Positions 1 to 7,926 of a stretch of 64,000 bases of DNA are shown piece by piece. Within the stretch, counting starts at the first letter, position 1, and every line of letters starts with the position of its first letter. Source of the stretch: Patescibacteria group bacterium UBA5272 (lineage in GTDB: Bacteria > Patescibacteriota > Minisyncoccia > Phycocordibacterales > UBA5272); NCBI GenBank assembly GCA_002408565.1, contig DHTA01000005.1:178383-242382 (forward strand), given 5' to 3'. The notes under the pieces are model-generated. The model did not search any database. It was given only the letters and a program-made list of their open reading frames with translations, and was not told where the DNA came from. A program made the translations under genes and the position numbers.

Positions 1-1032
1 CCCTAATTCTTCATCATAATACTTACGTCTTGTATAACTACTATACAAAACACCTTTATAAGCAAAACATATGTCAAAAGCATAAATCTCATCTACAGGA
101 GTATTATTTATAGTAACAATTTTAAAAGACCCGTCAGAATTTCTTCCTTTTAAAATATATGAATTTAACAAGAAAGAAGTAATATGATAATCATTCAAAT
201 CTCCTAATATCAAATGTGGGTTAAATACTATATTAGAATTTAATATAAATTGCTCATCATAAGACATTTCTTCATTTATATCATGAGAAATTGGAAAAAT
301 ATTTCTACCTTGAAGATTTATTTCATCTGCTTTTTCTTCATAAGATTTATCAAATATCTCTTTTTCTGATTCAACAACTGAAGATTTATGATTTTCCAAA
401 GAAGATTTCTGGGGAGTTCTAGAAGTACTATTTTGAGATGTTTCATTTTGAGACGGCAAACCCTGTATTGATCTTGCAAGCTCTTTTTTAATAATTTGCA
501 TTTTTGTTACCCTTGCTGGTTGTTTAGCATCTGGAAAATGTTCTCGTTTAATTTTTACGGCCCCATATCCCACTCCAGTACCAAGTACCAAACAAAACAT
601 AAGATTCCAAAAAGAAAACTTTTTTGCCATAGGGAAAAAATAAGTCATAAAGCTCACAAGCAAATCCCCTTTCCAAGTCTTAATTTCATGTGTACGCATA
701 AGACGGGTGTCAATGTGTATCACCTTGCTATCTCTACGATATTCTGGGGGAATATAAATTTTTCCCCAAAATCCTAAAAAAGGATAAAAATATGTCCCAG
801 ACTCCAAAGTCTTAATCTCTTTATTCAGAAGCCTTAAAACCAAAACTCTTTCTTCATTAAATGGTACTGAGACCATAGAACTTAAGAAAAAAGCTGTAGC
901 TAAAAAAATCTGAACAACATAACTTTCTGGCGCAAATCTCATGTCCTTGTATACAAGGAAAGCATAGATTCCGGCCCAGATCATGACTATCCACAAAATT
1001 GAAGATAGTGATTTGAAAATTGCTTTTTCCAT
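1..1032 (-). CDS. Hypothetical membrane protein (partial, runs off the window start; not in the ORF track)
   Basis: My translation from ATG at 1032 (MEKAIFKSLSSILWIVMIWAGIYAFLVY...) is open for 344 codons to position 1. It has hydrophobic N-terminal segments and no recognised motif. Confidence 0.75.
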   Translation of the reverse strand, partial: MEKAIFKSLSSILWIVMIWAGIYAFLVYKDMRFAPESYVVQIFLATAFFLSSMVSVPFNEERVLVLRLLNKEIKTLESGTYFYPFLGFWGKIYIPPEYRRDSKVIHIDTRLMRTHEIKTWKGDLLVSFMTYFFPMAKKFSFWNLMFCLVLGTGVGYGAVKIKREHFPDAKQPARVTKMQIIKKELARSIQGLPSQNETSQNSTSRTPQKSSLENHKSSVVESEKEIFDKSYEEKADEINLQGRNIFPISHDINEEMSYDEQFILNSNIVFNPHLILGDLNDYHITSFLLNSYILKGRNSDGSFKIVTINNTPVDEIYAFDICFAYKGVLYSSYTRRKYYDEELG

Positions 1033-1088
1033 CTTTATTGTTTTTAGTGTTTTTAATGAGCTATTGAGATATATATTGATTTTGAAAA

Positions 1089-1118
1089 TTAAAAAGAGTC
1101 TAATAAGACTCTTTTTAA
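1089..1118. terminator. Inverted repeat / probable intrinsic terminator downstream of tRNA-Ala
   Basis: TTAAAAAGAGTCT-AATA-AGACTCTTTTTAA, a perfect stem with A/T tracts on both sides. Confidence 0.6.
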
Positions 1119-1187
1119 CCCAAAAATAATACACTTAACTAAAATTAAAATACTACATTCCTAAACAAAAATCAAGGATTAAATATG

Positions 1188-1260
1188 TGGACCCTAGCGG
1201 ATTCGAACCGCTCACCTCCGGAGTGCAAAACCGGCGCTCTACCAAATGAGCTAAGGGCCC
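1188..1260 (-). tRNA. tRNA-Ala(TGC)
   Basis: Reverse complement GGGCCCTTAGCTCATTTGGTAGAGCG...TTTGCAC...GGTTCGAATCC...AGGGTCCA. G3:U70 Ala identity pair; no encoded CCA; TGcTATAAT promoter upstream. Confidence 0.95.
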
Positions 1261-1316
1261 AATTAAGGACGGAGGGTATTATAGCATAAGAAAATAATTT
1301 TTAAAAGAATCTTTTG

Positions 1317-1390
1317 AGGTGCGAGCGGGATTCGAACCCGCGAGTGGCGGTTTTGCAAACCGCAGCGTTAAGCCACTTCGCCATCGCACC
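1317..1390 (-). tRNA. tRNA-Cys(GCA)
   Basis: Reverse complement GGTGCGATGGCGAAGTGG...GCGGT-TTGCAAA-ACCGC...GGTTCGAATCC...TCGCACCT; U73 discriminator. Confidence 0.95.
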
Positions 1391-1464
1391 AGTGAGACCA
1401 TTTTAGCACAAAAATATTATATTTAAAATTTCAAAAAAATATGCTAGAATATTTTAAGTAAAAT

Positions 1465-1546
1465 GCTCGGGTGGTGGAATCGGTATACACGAAAGACTTA
1501 AAATCTTTTGCTTCACGGCTTGCGGGTTCAAGTCCCGCCCCGAGCA
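1465..1546 (+). tRNA. tRNA-Leu(TAA)
   Basis: GCTCGGGTGGTGGAATCGGTATACAC-G-AAAGA-CTTAAAA-TCTTT, long variable arm, GGTTCAAGTCC T-arm, CCCGAGCA end. Confidence 0.95.
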
Positions 1547-1549
1547 CAT

Positions 1550-2368
1550 ATGAATATTATTCACTCAATAATTTTGGGCATAGTAGAAGGCATTACAGAA
1601 TTTTTGCCAATTTCTTCAACTGGACACCTAATTCTGGTCTCACATTTGTTAAAACTTCCTAGCACTGAAACTTTGAAAAGTTTTTTAATAGTTATTCAGC
1701 TTGGAGCGATTTTAGCAGTTCTGGTTTTATATATTAAAGAATTATTTAATTGGGAGACTATTAAAAAATTATTTATAGCTTTTTTACCAACCGGAATAAT
1801 CGGCTTAACTGTTTATAAAATAGTAAAAGGTTATTTGATGGATAATATTTTAATAGTAATTATTTCTTTATTTTTGGGAGGCATAGCTATGATTTTAATA
1901 GAAAAAAATTATATTCGCAAAAATAAATACACCCATCCAGAATTTGATAAAAAATTGACAGGTAAACAAGAAAAAGGTTTGGATATTAAAGAAATAACTT
2001 ACAAAAAAGCCTTTTCTTTAGGTTTGTGGCAAAGCGTGGCCATGATACCGGGAGTTTCTAGAAGTGGCGCCACAATAATTGGTGGACTTTTAATGAATCT
2101 AAAAAGAGAAACTATTGTAAAGTTTTCGTTTCTTTTGGCTATACCTACAATGTTAGGAGCTTCTGTTTTAGATCTTTATAAAAGCTATCATCTTTTTTCT
2201 TCGGCCGATTTTTTAAATATTGGAATAGGTTTTGTAATATCTTTTATTTTTGCTCTCATTTTTATCAAATGGCTTTTAGGGTATGTTCAAAAACATAATT
2301 TCATTCCTTTTGGTTGGTATAGAATAATTTTAGCTTTAGTTTTCTTTATAGTATTTTTCGTGATCTAA
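1550..2368 (+). CDS. uppP: Undecaprenyl-diphosphate phosphatase (BacA/UppP)
   Basis: GIVEGITEFLPISSTGH and PGVSRSGAT motifs; multi-TM. Start moved to ATG 1550 because the longer ORF overlaps the tRNA. Confidence 0.95.
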   Translation: MNIIHSIILGIVEGITEFLPISSTGHLILVSHLLKLPSTETLKSFLIVIQLGAILAVLVLYIKELFNWETIKKLFIAFLPTGIIGLTVYKIVKGYLMDNILIVIISLFLGGIAMILIEKNYIRKNKYTHPEFDKKLTGKQEKGLDIKEITYKKAFSLGLWQSVAMIPGVSRSGATIIGGLLMNLKRETIVKFSFLLAIPTMLGASVLDLYKSYHLFSSADFLNIGIGFVISFIFALIFIKWLLGYVQKHNFIPFGWYRIILALVFFIVFFVI

Positions 2369-2377
2369 ATTTAGAAA

Positions 2378-2575
2378 AATAAAAAACCCTGAGGCGACGG
2401 AGTAATTCTACAACAATAATTCGAAAATTAATGTTCTAGGACTTTCTTCGTGGCCACTAGGGTTTTAGGTGAGGCATCGGGTATCATGGATTTTATAAAG
2501 ACTAACATTTTAATCTTCGAAAAGATAATGTGTCCCTCCCGGATCCTCTGATCTCTTTTAGAGAACTTTTTATCT
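2378..2575 (-). ncRNA. Putative ~195-nt structured non-coding RNA of unknown class
   Basis: Promoter TTGCAA(2610-2605)-17bp-TGaTAGATT(2587-2582). Two long imperfect hairpins (2471-2548 and 2383-2466), each with a UUCG loop, ending in a U-tract. GC is elevated relative to the flanks. Confidence 0.6.
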
Positions 2576-2617
2576 AAATTCAATCTATCACAAGCATATT
2601 TTTTTTGCAAGTCCCTT

Positions 2618-2626
2618 TGTGGATAA
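2618..2626 (-). promoter_or_regulatory. Perfect DnaA box (TTATCCACA) between the divergent ncRNA and smc promoters
   Basis: TGTGGATAA on the + strand; the smc extended -10 TGcTATAAT follows at ~2646-2654. Confidence 0.5.
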
Positions 2627-2676
2627 AAAGCTATAAAAATTTCTATGCTATAATTTTAAAAAAGAAAACTTATTTT

Positions 2677-5049
2677 ATGTATCTGAAATCCATCAGCATG
2701 CAAGGCTTTAAAAGCTTTGCTAAAAAAGTAAATATAGACCTAACCGCACCCGTGACAGGTGTAGTAGGTCCAAACGGATCAGGAAAATCTAATGTGGCAG
2801 AAGCTATTCGTTTTGTATTAGGAGAGCAAAGTATGAAAGGACTTCGCTCCAAAACTGGAAGCGATTTGATTTTTAAAGGATCCTCAAAAATTACCCCTCT
2901 TTCTCGAGCTAGTGTTTCTATGTATCTTGATAATACTTCTAAAAAGATAGATGAGAAAATTATTAATTCCAATACAGAAACGAGTTCTGCACTTTCTAAT
3001 TTTATTACTTTAGATGAAATTGTTTTAACTCGCGAAATTTATTCTGATGGTACTAGCGAATATTTAATTAATGATACCAAGGTTAGACTAAAAGATGTGC
3101 AAGAGTTATTGGCTATGGCCAATATTTCTGTAGCTGGTCACACCATAGTCAATCAAGGAGAGGCAGATAGAATACTTTTGTCCAACAATGGAGAAAGAAG
3201 AGAAATGATAGAAGATGCTTTAGGTTTGAGAATTTATCAAATGCGTATTAAAGAGGGAGAGAAAAAATTAGAAAAAGTAAAAATTCATCTCAACCAGATC
3301 GCTTCCATGAGAAGAGAAAATCTTCCTCATTTAAATTATTTGAAAAAACAAGTTAAAGAATTAGAAAAAAGAGAAGAAGAGATTGGCTTTATTGATGAGA
3401 TGTTAAAAGTTTATCTTTATAAAGAAGACATTGAAATAGAAAGAAAGAAAAAAGAGATTCCTAAAAATGGGGTAGAGGGTCAAATTGACGCTTTAGAATC
3501 AGAGCTACATATTTTATCTGATGCCAAAAGAGAAGCTGAAAAAAAAATAGACTCCGAACAAGAAAGTAATGAAAAAGTATTAGAACTATCTCAAGAATTA
3601 AAAAATATTGAAGATGAATTTAGGCAGCTTTCTGAAGAAAGAGAAGAAGTTTACAGGGAAAAATTAAATTTAGAAGTAGAAATAAAGTTTCTAGAGAAAA
3701 AACAGGAAGAAATAAAAAATCAAAAAAATATTTCTCAAGTAGTTGAAGATGTAAAAAATTATTTAATAGATAAAGAAAAAATCCAAGCTTTTGAGGGAAG
3801 TAGGTTTTTACTTTGGAAAAATATTTTTGAATTATACGACTTAAAAAGTTATGAAGATTTATATATAGCCTTAAAAGATGCCAACGTGAATGAGAGAGCT
3901 TTTTTTGAAGAAATAAAATACAAAGAAACCACAAAAGAATTTTCAAACTCCCCTATTGAAAACTTTTCTCAAGAAATTAAAAATCTAGAGGACAAATTGT
4001 TTGAAAAGAAAAACACTTTAGAAAAATTAGATGAAAATAAGGCAAGTATTTTCTCAAAAAAAGAAATTAAAAACAAAGAGCTAGACCATCTTAAAAATGA
4101 AGTCAAAGAAAATACTTATAAGCTAGACAACAAAATTTTGCAACTCAAACTTGATTTAGAAAAGCTTTATTCTCAAAAAGAAGCTATACGAATAAAAGAA
4201 GAAAATCTTGCCAACCAAGAACAAAATTTTGAAACTTTGCTTCAAGAGATGAGTAATTTGATTGGAAATAAAGTTTTTGATTATAAAAATTTTAACGAGA
4301 ATACTATGCCAGATGAAGAAAGAGAATTATTTGAACTTTCTCAACATGATTTAGCTAAAAAATTAGAAAGAAGTAGAATCCGTATTGAAGAAAGTGGCAT
4401 AATCAATGCTAAAGATATTTTGGACGAATATAATCATCTTTCTGAAAGAGACAACTTTTTAGCTGGAGAAATTTCTGATTTAGAAAACTCCCAAAACAAT
4501 TTAGAATCTTTAATCAAAGATTTAAAAAATACTTTACTCAATGACTTTAATCTCGGTTTACAAAAAATTAATCATAATTTTAACAATTATTTCAGTGAGA
4601 TTTTTCCTGGAGGTAAAGCTTCCCTTTCTTTAGAGAAAATATCTAAACCGATTGTTGATGGGGTCAATTTGGAAGAAGAGGAAGAAGAAAAAGAACCTGG
4701 TATAGAAATATCTATCAGTTTACCAGAAAAGAAAATTAAAGATTTACAAATGCTTTCTGGTGGAGAAAGAGCTCTTTCTTCTATAGCTTTAATTTTTGCC
4801 ATGTCTTCTATTAATCATCCACCATTTATGGTGCTGGATGAAACTGATGCTGCGCTTGATGAGTCTAACGCTCGTAAATATGGAAAAATGATTCGCCGAC
4901 TTTCTGAAAGATCCAAACTTCTTGTCATTACTCACAATCGTGAATCTATGAATCAATGTGATGTGCTTTATGGAGTGACAATTGGTTCAGATGGATCTTC
5001 TAAACTTCTTTCTATCAAATTTAATGAAGCGACAGAGTACGCAAAATAA
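2677..5049 (+). CDS. smc: SMC-family chromosome segregation ATPase (short form)
   Basis: MYLKSISMQGFKSF start, Walker A GPNGSGKSN, signature LSGGER, Walker B/D-loop VLDETDAALD, coiled coils. Confidence 0.9.
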   Translation: MYLKSISMQGFKSFAKKVNIDLTAPVTGVVGPNGSGKSNVAEAIRFVLGEQSMKGLRSKTGSDLIFKGSSKITPLSRASVSMYLDNTSKKIDEKIINSNTETSSALSNFITLDEIVLTREIYSDGTSEYLINDTKVRLKDVQELLAMANISVAGHTIVNQGEADRILLSNNGERREMIEDALGLRIYQMRIKEGEKKLEKVKIHLNQIASMRRENLPHLNYLKKQVKELEKREEEIGFIDEMLKVYLYKEDIEIERKKKEIPKNGVEGQIDALESELHILSDAKREAEKKIDSEQESNEKVLELSQELKNIEDEFRQLSEEREEVYREKLNLEVEIKFLEKKQEEIKNQKNISQVVEDVKNYLIDKEKIQAFEGSRFLLWKNIFELYDLKSYEDLYIALKDANVNERAFFEEIKYKETTKEFSNSPIENFSQEIKNLEDKLFEKKNTLEKLDENKASIFSKKEIKNKELDHLKNEVKENTYKLDNKILQLKLDLEKLYSQKEAIRIKEENLANQEQNFETLLQEMSNLIGNKVFDYKNFNENTMPDEERELFELSQHDLAKKLERSRIRIEESGIINAKDILDEYNHLSERDNFLAGEISDLENSQNNLESLIKDLKNTLLNDFNLGLQKINHNFNNYFSEIFPGGKASLSLEKISKPIVDGVNLEEEEEEKEPGIEISISLPEKKIKDLQMLSGGERALSSIALIFAMSSINHPPFMVLDETDAALDESNARKYGKMIRRLSERSKLLVITHNRESMNQCDVLYGVTIGSDGSSKLLSIKFNEATEYAK

Positions 5050-5177
5050 TTTTTAAATTTTACAAAACCAAAACCCTCTGCTATACTCTTGTGCTATAAT
5101 AAAAAATAATTATTTTGTGGAATTTTAATTCCTAATTAATTCTTAAACTGTGTTTTTATTTTTAAATAATATTTTAT

Positions 5178-7391
5178 ATGAAATTAGTAATCGTAGAATC
5201 CCCAAGTAAAGCCAAAACCATAGAAAAATATTTAGGCAAAGACTATACGGTCCGTGCTTCTATTGGGCATATTCGCGACTTACCAAAATCAAATAAAAAA
5301 GCTTTAGATATTGAAGGCGGATTTATTCCTTATTATGAAATAGCTAAAGGGAAAGAAAAAGTTGTTTCTGAGATAAGATCTTTGGCTAAAAAAGCAAATG
5401 AAGTGATTTTGGCAACTGACCCCGATCGCGAAGGAGAAGCTATCGCTTGGCATTTGCGAGAAGCGGCTGATTTAAAAAAATCCAAAAGAGCAGTTTTTCA
5501 TGAAGTGACTAAAGAAGCAGTCTTGGAGGCTATGAAAAATACAAGAGAAATAGACATGGATTTAAAAGAAGCTCAAGAAGCCAGAAGAGTCTTGGATAGA
5601 TTGGTGGGTTATGAACTTTCTGGAATCATTTGGAAAAAGGTTCGATATGGACTCTCTGCTGGACGTGTTCAATCTCCTGCTTTGCGTATAATAATGGAAA
5701 AAGAAAGAGAGATTCGAAAATTTGTACCTGTAAAATATTTTAATATTGCTGCAGAACTAGAAACTATTGGCAAATTAAAAGAATCTAAAAAATATAAATT
5801 AGTTTTTGATTGCGGATTGGAACCAGGATTAAAACCGAAACTAAATTCAAAAGAAGCTGAAGAATTTGCTAAAAAAATAGTAAAAGAAGGTAGAGCAGGA
5901 ACTTGGTATGTAAAAAATATTAAAGAGACTAATGTAAAATCTTCTCCTAAACCCCCTTTTACCACTTCCACGTTACAACAAACAGCTTCTAGTAGACTCG
6001 GATTTTCTCCTAAAAAAACCATGATGCTTGCTCAAAAGCTTTACGAAAAAGGATTCATAACTTATATGCGTACAGATTCTACCAATTTAGCTTCTTCAGC
6101 TATAACAGAGATCTCTTCTTTTATATCAAAACAATACGGTAAAAATTACCTAGAATCTCGAGTTTACAAAACAAAATCCAAAAATGCTCAAGAAGCTCAC
6201 GAGGCCATTCGCCCAACTCACGTTACTACTTTGAATGCTGGAGCAAATTCTGATGAAAAAAGACTTTACACTTTAATTTGGAGCAGAACTGTCGCCTCTC
6301 AAATGTCTAATACCCAACTTTTGAGAACCAAAATCGTCACCAATATCAGAAACACAGAAGACTACCCGAATTTTTATATTAATGGGTCTGTGGTAATTTT
6401 TGATGGCTGGTTAAAAGTCGATCCAGAAGGTAAAGGAGAAGACATTATGCTTCCTAAAATAAATATGGAAGATAACTTAAACCTAAAAGCTATCAACAGC
6501 CTCTCTAAAGAAACCTTGCCCCCTAGTAGATACAGTGAAGCTAGTTTGATTAAAGAATTAGAAAAAAGAGATATTGGTCGCCCATCAACTTACGCTTCAA
6601 TTGTCTCCACCATTGAAGATAGAGGTTATGTAGAAAAAATAAATAAGACTCTTATACCAACCGATACTGGCGAAGTAGTTTCTGACTTTTTGGAAGAACA
6701 TTTTGCTAAATATATTTCTGACGATTTTACTTCTGAAATGGAAGACGGCTTAGATAAAATAGCTGATGGAAAATTAACTTACAAAAAACTTTTAACTGAT
6801 TTTTATAAACCATTTCAAAAAGAAATTAAAGAGAAAGAAAAAATTGAGAAATCCAATAACTTTGGAGAAGCTCCTAAAGATATTAAATGTCCGATCTGTA
6901 ATTCTAAAATGATTATCAAACTTTCTAAAAATGGAAAATTTTATTCTTGTTCAAAATTTCCAAATTGCTCAGGCGCTAGAACTTTAGAAGGAGAAATTGT
7001 GGAAGGACCAAAAGAAACAGGAAAAACCTGTCCAAAATGTGGGAAAGGTAAACTCATAGAAAGAACTGGGCGTTATGGTAAATTTATAGCTTGCAACAAC
7101 TATCCAAAATGTAAATATATTGAAACTTCGGAAGAAGAAAGACAAAAGAAAGACACTGGGGTAAAATGTAACAAATGTGAGACTGGTTACTTAGAAGAAA
7201 GAAGAGGTCGTTTTGGAGTCTTTTATTCTTGTTCAAATTATCCAGATTGTAAATTAGCAATTAAAGCTCGTCCAACTGGAAACTATTGTAAATTGTGTGG
7301 AGAATTAATGATGGAAGGTACTAAAACAATCCCAGAAAGATGTTCGGATAAAACTTGTTCAAACCATAATCCTCATAAATTAAAAAACTAA
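5178..7391 (+). CDS. topA: DNA topoisomerase I with C-terminal zinc ribbons
   Basis: LVIVESPSKAKTI, ATDPDREGE, GRVQS, ITYMRTDS active-site Tyr, repeated CxxC...CxxYPxC. Confidence 0.97.
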   Translation: MKLVIVESPSKAKTIEKYLGKDYTVRASIGHIRDLPKSNKKALDIEGGFIPYYEIAKGKEKVVSEIRSLAKKANEVILATDPDREGEAIAWHLREAADLKKSKRAVFHEVTKEAVLEAMKNTREIDMDLKEAQEARRVLDRLVGYELSGIIWKKVRYGLSAGRVQSPALRIIMEKEREIRKFVPVKYFNIAAELETIGKLKESKKYKLVFDCGLEPGLKPKLNSKEAEEFAKKIVKEGRAGTWYVKNIKETNVKSSPKPPFTTSTLQQTASSRLGFSPKKTMMLAQKLYEKGFITYMRTDSTNLASSAITEISSFISKQYGKNYLESRVYKTKSKNAQEAHEAIRPTHVTTLNAGANSDEKRLYTLIWSRTVASQMSNTQLLRTKIVTNIRNTEDYPNFYINGSVVIFDGWLKVDPEGKGEDIMLPKINMEDNLNLKAINSLSKETLPPSRYSEASLIKELEKRDIGRPSTYASIVSTIEDRGYVEKINKTLIPTDTGEVVSDFLEEHFAKYISDDFTSEMEDGLDKIADGKLTYKKLLTDFYKPFQKEIKEKEKIEKSNNFGEAPKDIKCPICNSKMIIKLSKNGKFYSCSKFPNCSGARTLEGEIVEGPKETGKTCPKCGKGKLIERTGRYGKFIACNNYPKCKYIETSEEERQKKDTGVKCNKCETGYLEERRGRFGVFYSCSNYPDCKLAIKARPTGNYCKLCGELMMEGTKTIPERCSDKTCSNHNPHKLKN

Positions 7392-7402
7392 AATAGTTAA
7401 AC

Positions 7403-7438
7403 AAAAAAAAGAGAGCTATCAATTCATGACAGCCCTCT
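7403..7438 (-). terminator. Intrinsic terminator of the orphan gene 7460-7801
   Basis: Minus strand GAGGGCTGTCA-TGAAT-TGATAGCTCTC followed by a T-run; the stem closes with G:U pairs only on this strand. Confidence 0.75.
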
Positions 7439-7459
7439 GTGTTCTTGATTTTTGAGATT

Positions 7460-7801
7460 CTAATTACATTTTTTCAGGATATTGACAGGAGGTAACTTCT
7501 GTCTAATAAGAACTTTGTCGGCCGTTTTTGCCAATTCTCGACAATTGGGACCAACCATAAGAATCTTACTTTTTGGCATATCAAGTAAATAAGTGTGCAC
7601 ACCTCTATAGCGTACAACACTGACAAACTTAAATTCCGTATCCTTAATGTGAATGAAAGCTTTGTCTACCGCAGATCTTTTTGGAAAATTGGGTAAAGCC
7701 TCCATTTTAAAATCCTTTAAAACATCGTTTAAGACGATATTTTCGAAACAAGTGATTTCTTTTAACGCCTGTTCACTCAGGCGAGTTTTTGGTGAACACA
7801 T
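7460..7801 (-). CDS. Orphan hypothetical protein (~113 aa)
   Basis: ORF with its own TTGACA-17-TAGGAT promoter (~7874-7846) and terminator; no recognised motif. Confidence 0.65.
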   Translation of the reverse strand: MCSPKTRLSEQALKEITCFENIVLNDVLKDFKMEALPNFPKRSAVDKAFIHIKDTEFKFVSVVRYRGVHTYLLDMPKSKILMVGPNCRELAKTADKVLIRQKLPPVNILKKCN

Positions 7802-7926
7802 AATCAAACTTTTTATTTGTTAAACTTCAAAGAACACTATAAATATATCCTATCAAAACAACCTTTATATGTCAAACTCTTTTTGGTTTTTGCTAATAAA
7901 CTAAAGATAATGATAAAATAAGTAAA

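Noticed and set aside
496-777. 93-aa plus-strand ORF, and the many other short antisense ORFs in the track
   Set aside because: These are shadows opposite longer, motif-supported genes; they are F/L/S-rich as expected from the reverse complement of K/E-rich coding DNA.
1471-1662. ORF, and N-terminal extensions of uppP (1508) and the sanA-like gene (10757), overlapping tRNA-Leu genes
   Set aside because: They are translations of tRNA sequence; the real starts are at 1550 and 10880.
2438-2449. GAAGAAAGTCC (minus strand) resembling the RNase P RNA motif GAGGAAAGUCC
   Set aside because: It is in the 3' half of a ~195-nt unit and buried in a hairpin, with no matching 3' P4 strand. The unit is too short for RNase P RNA.
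2383-2466. Long imperfect hairpin as an integron attC site
   Set aside because: No RYYYAAC/GTTRRRY boundaries, no integrase, and no array of similar sites.
2428-2610. 60-aa minus-strand ORF in the track
   Set aside because: Its TTG start is the -35 box of the promoter, upstream of the predicted TSS. The region is better explained as structured RNA.
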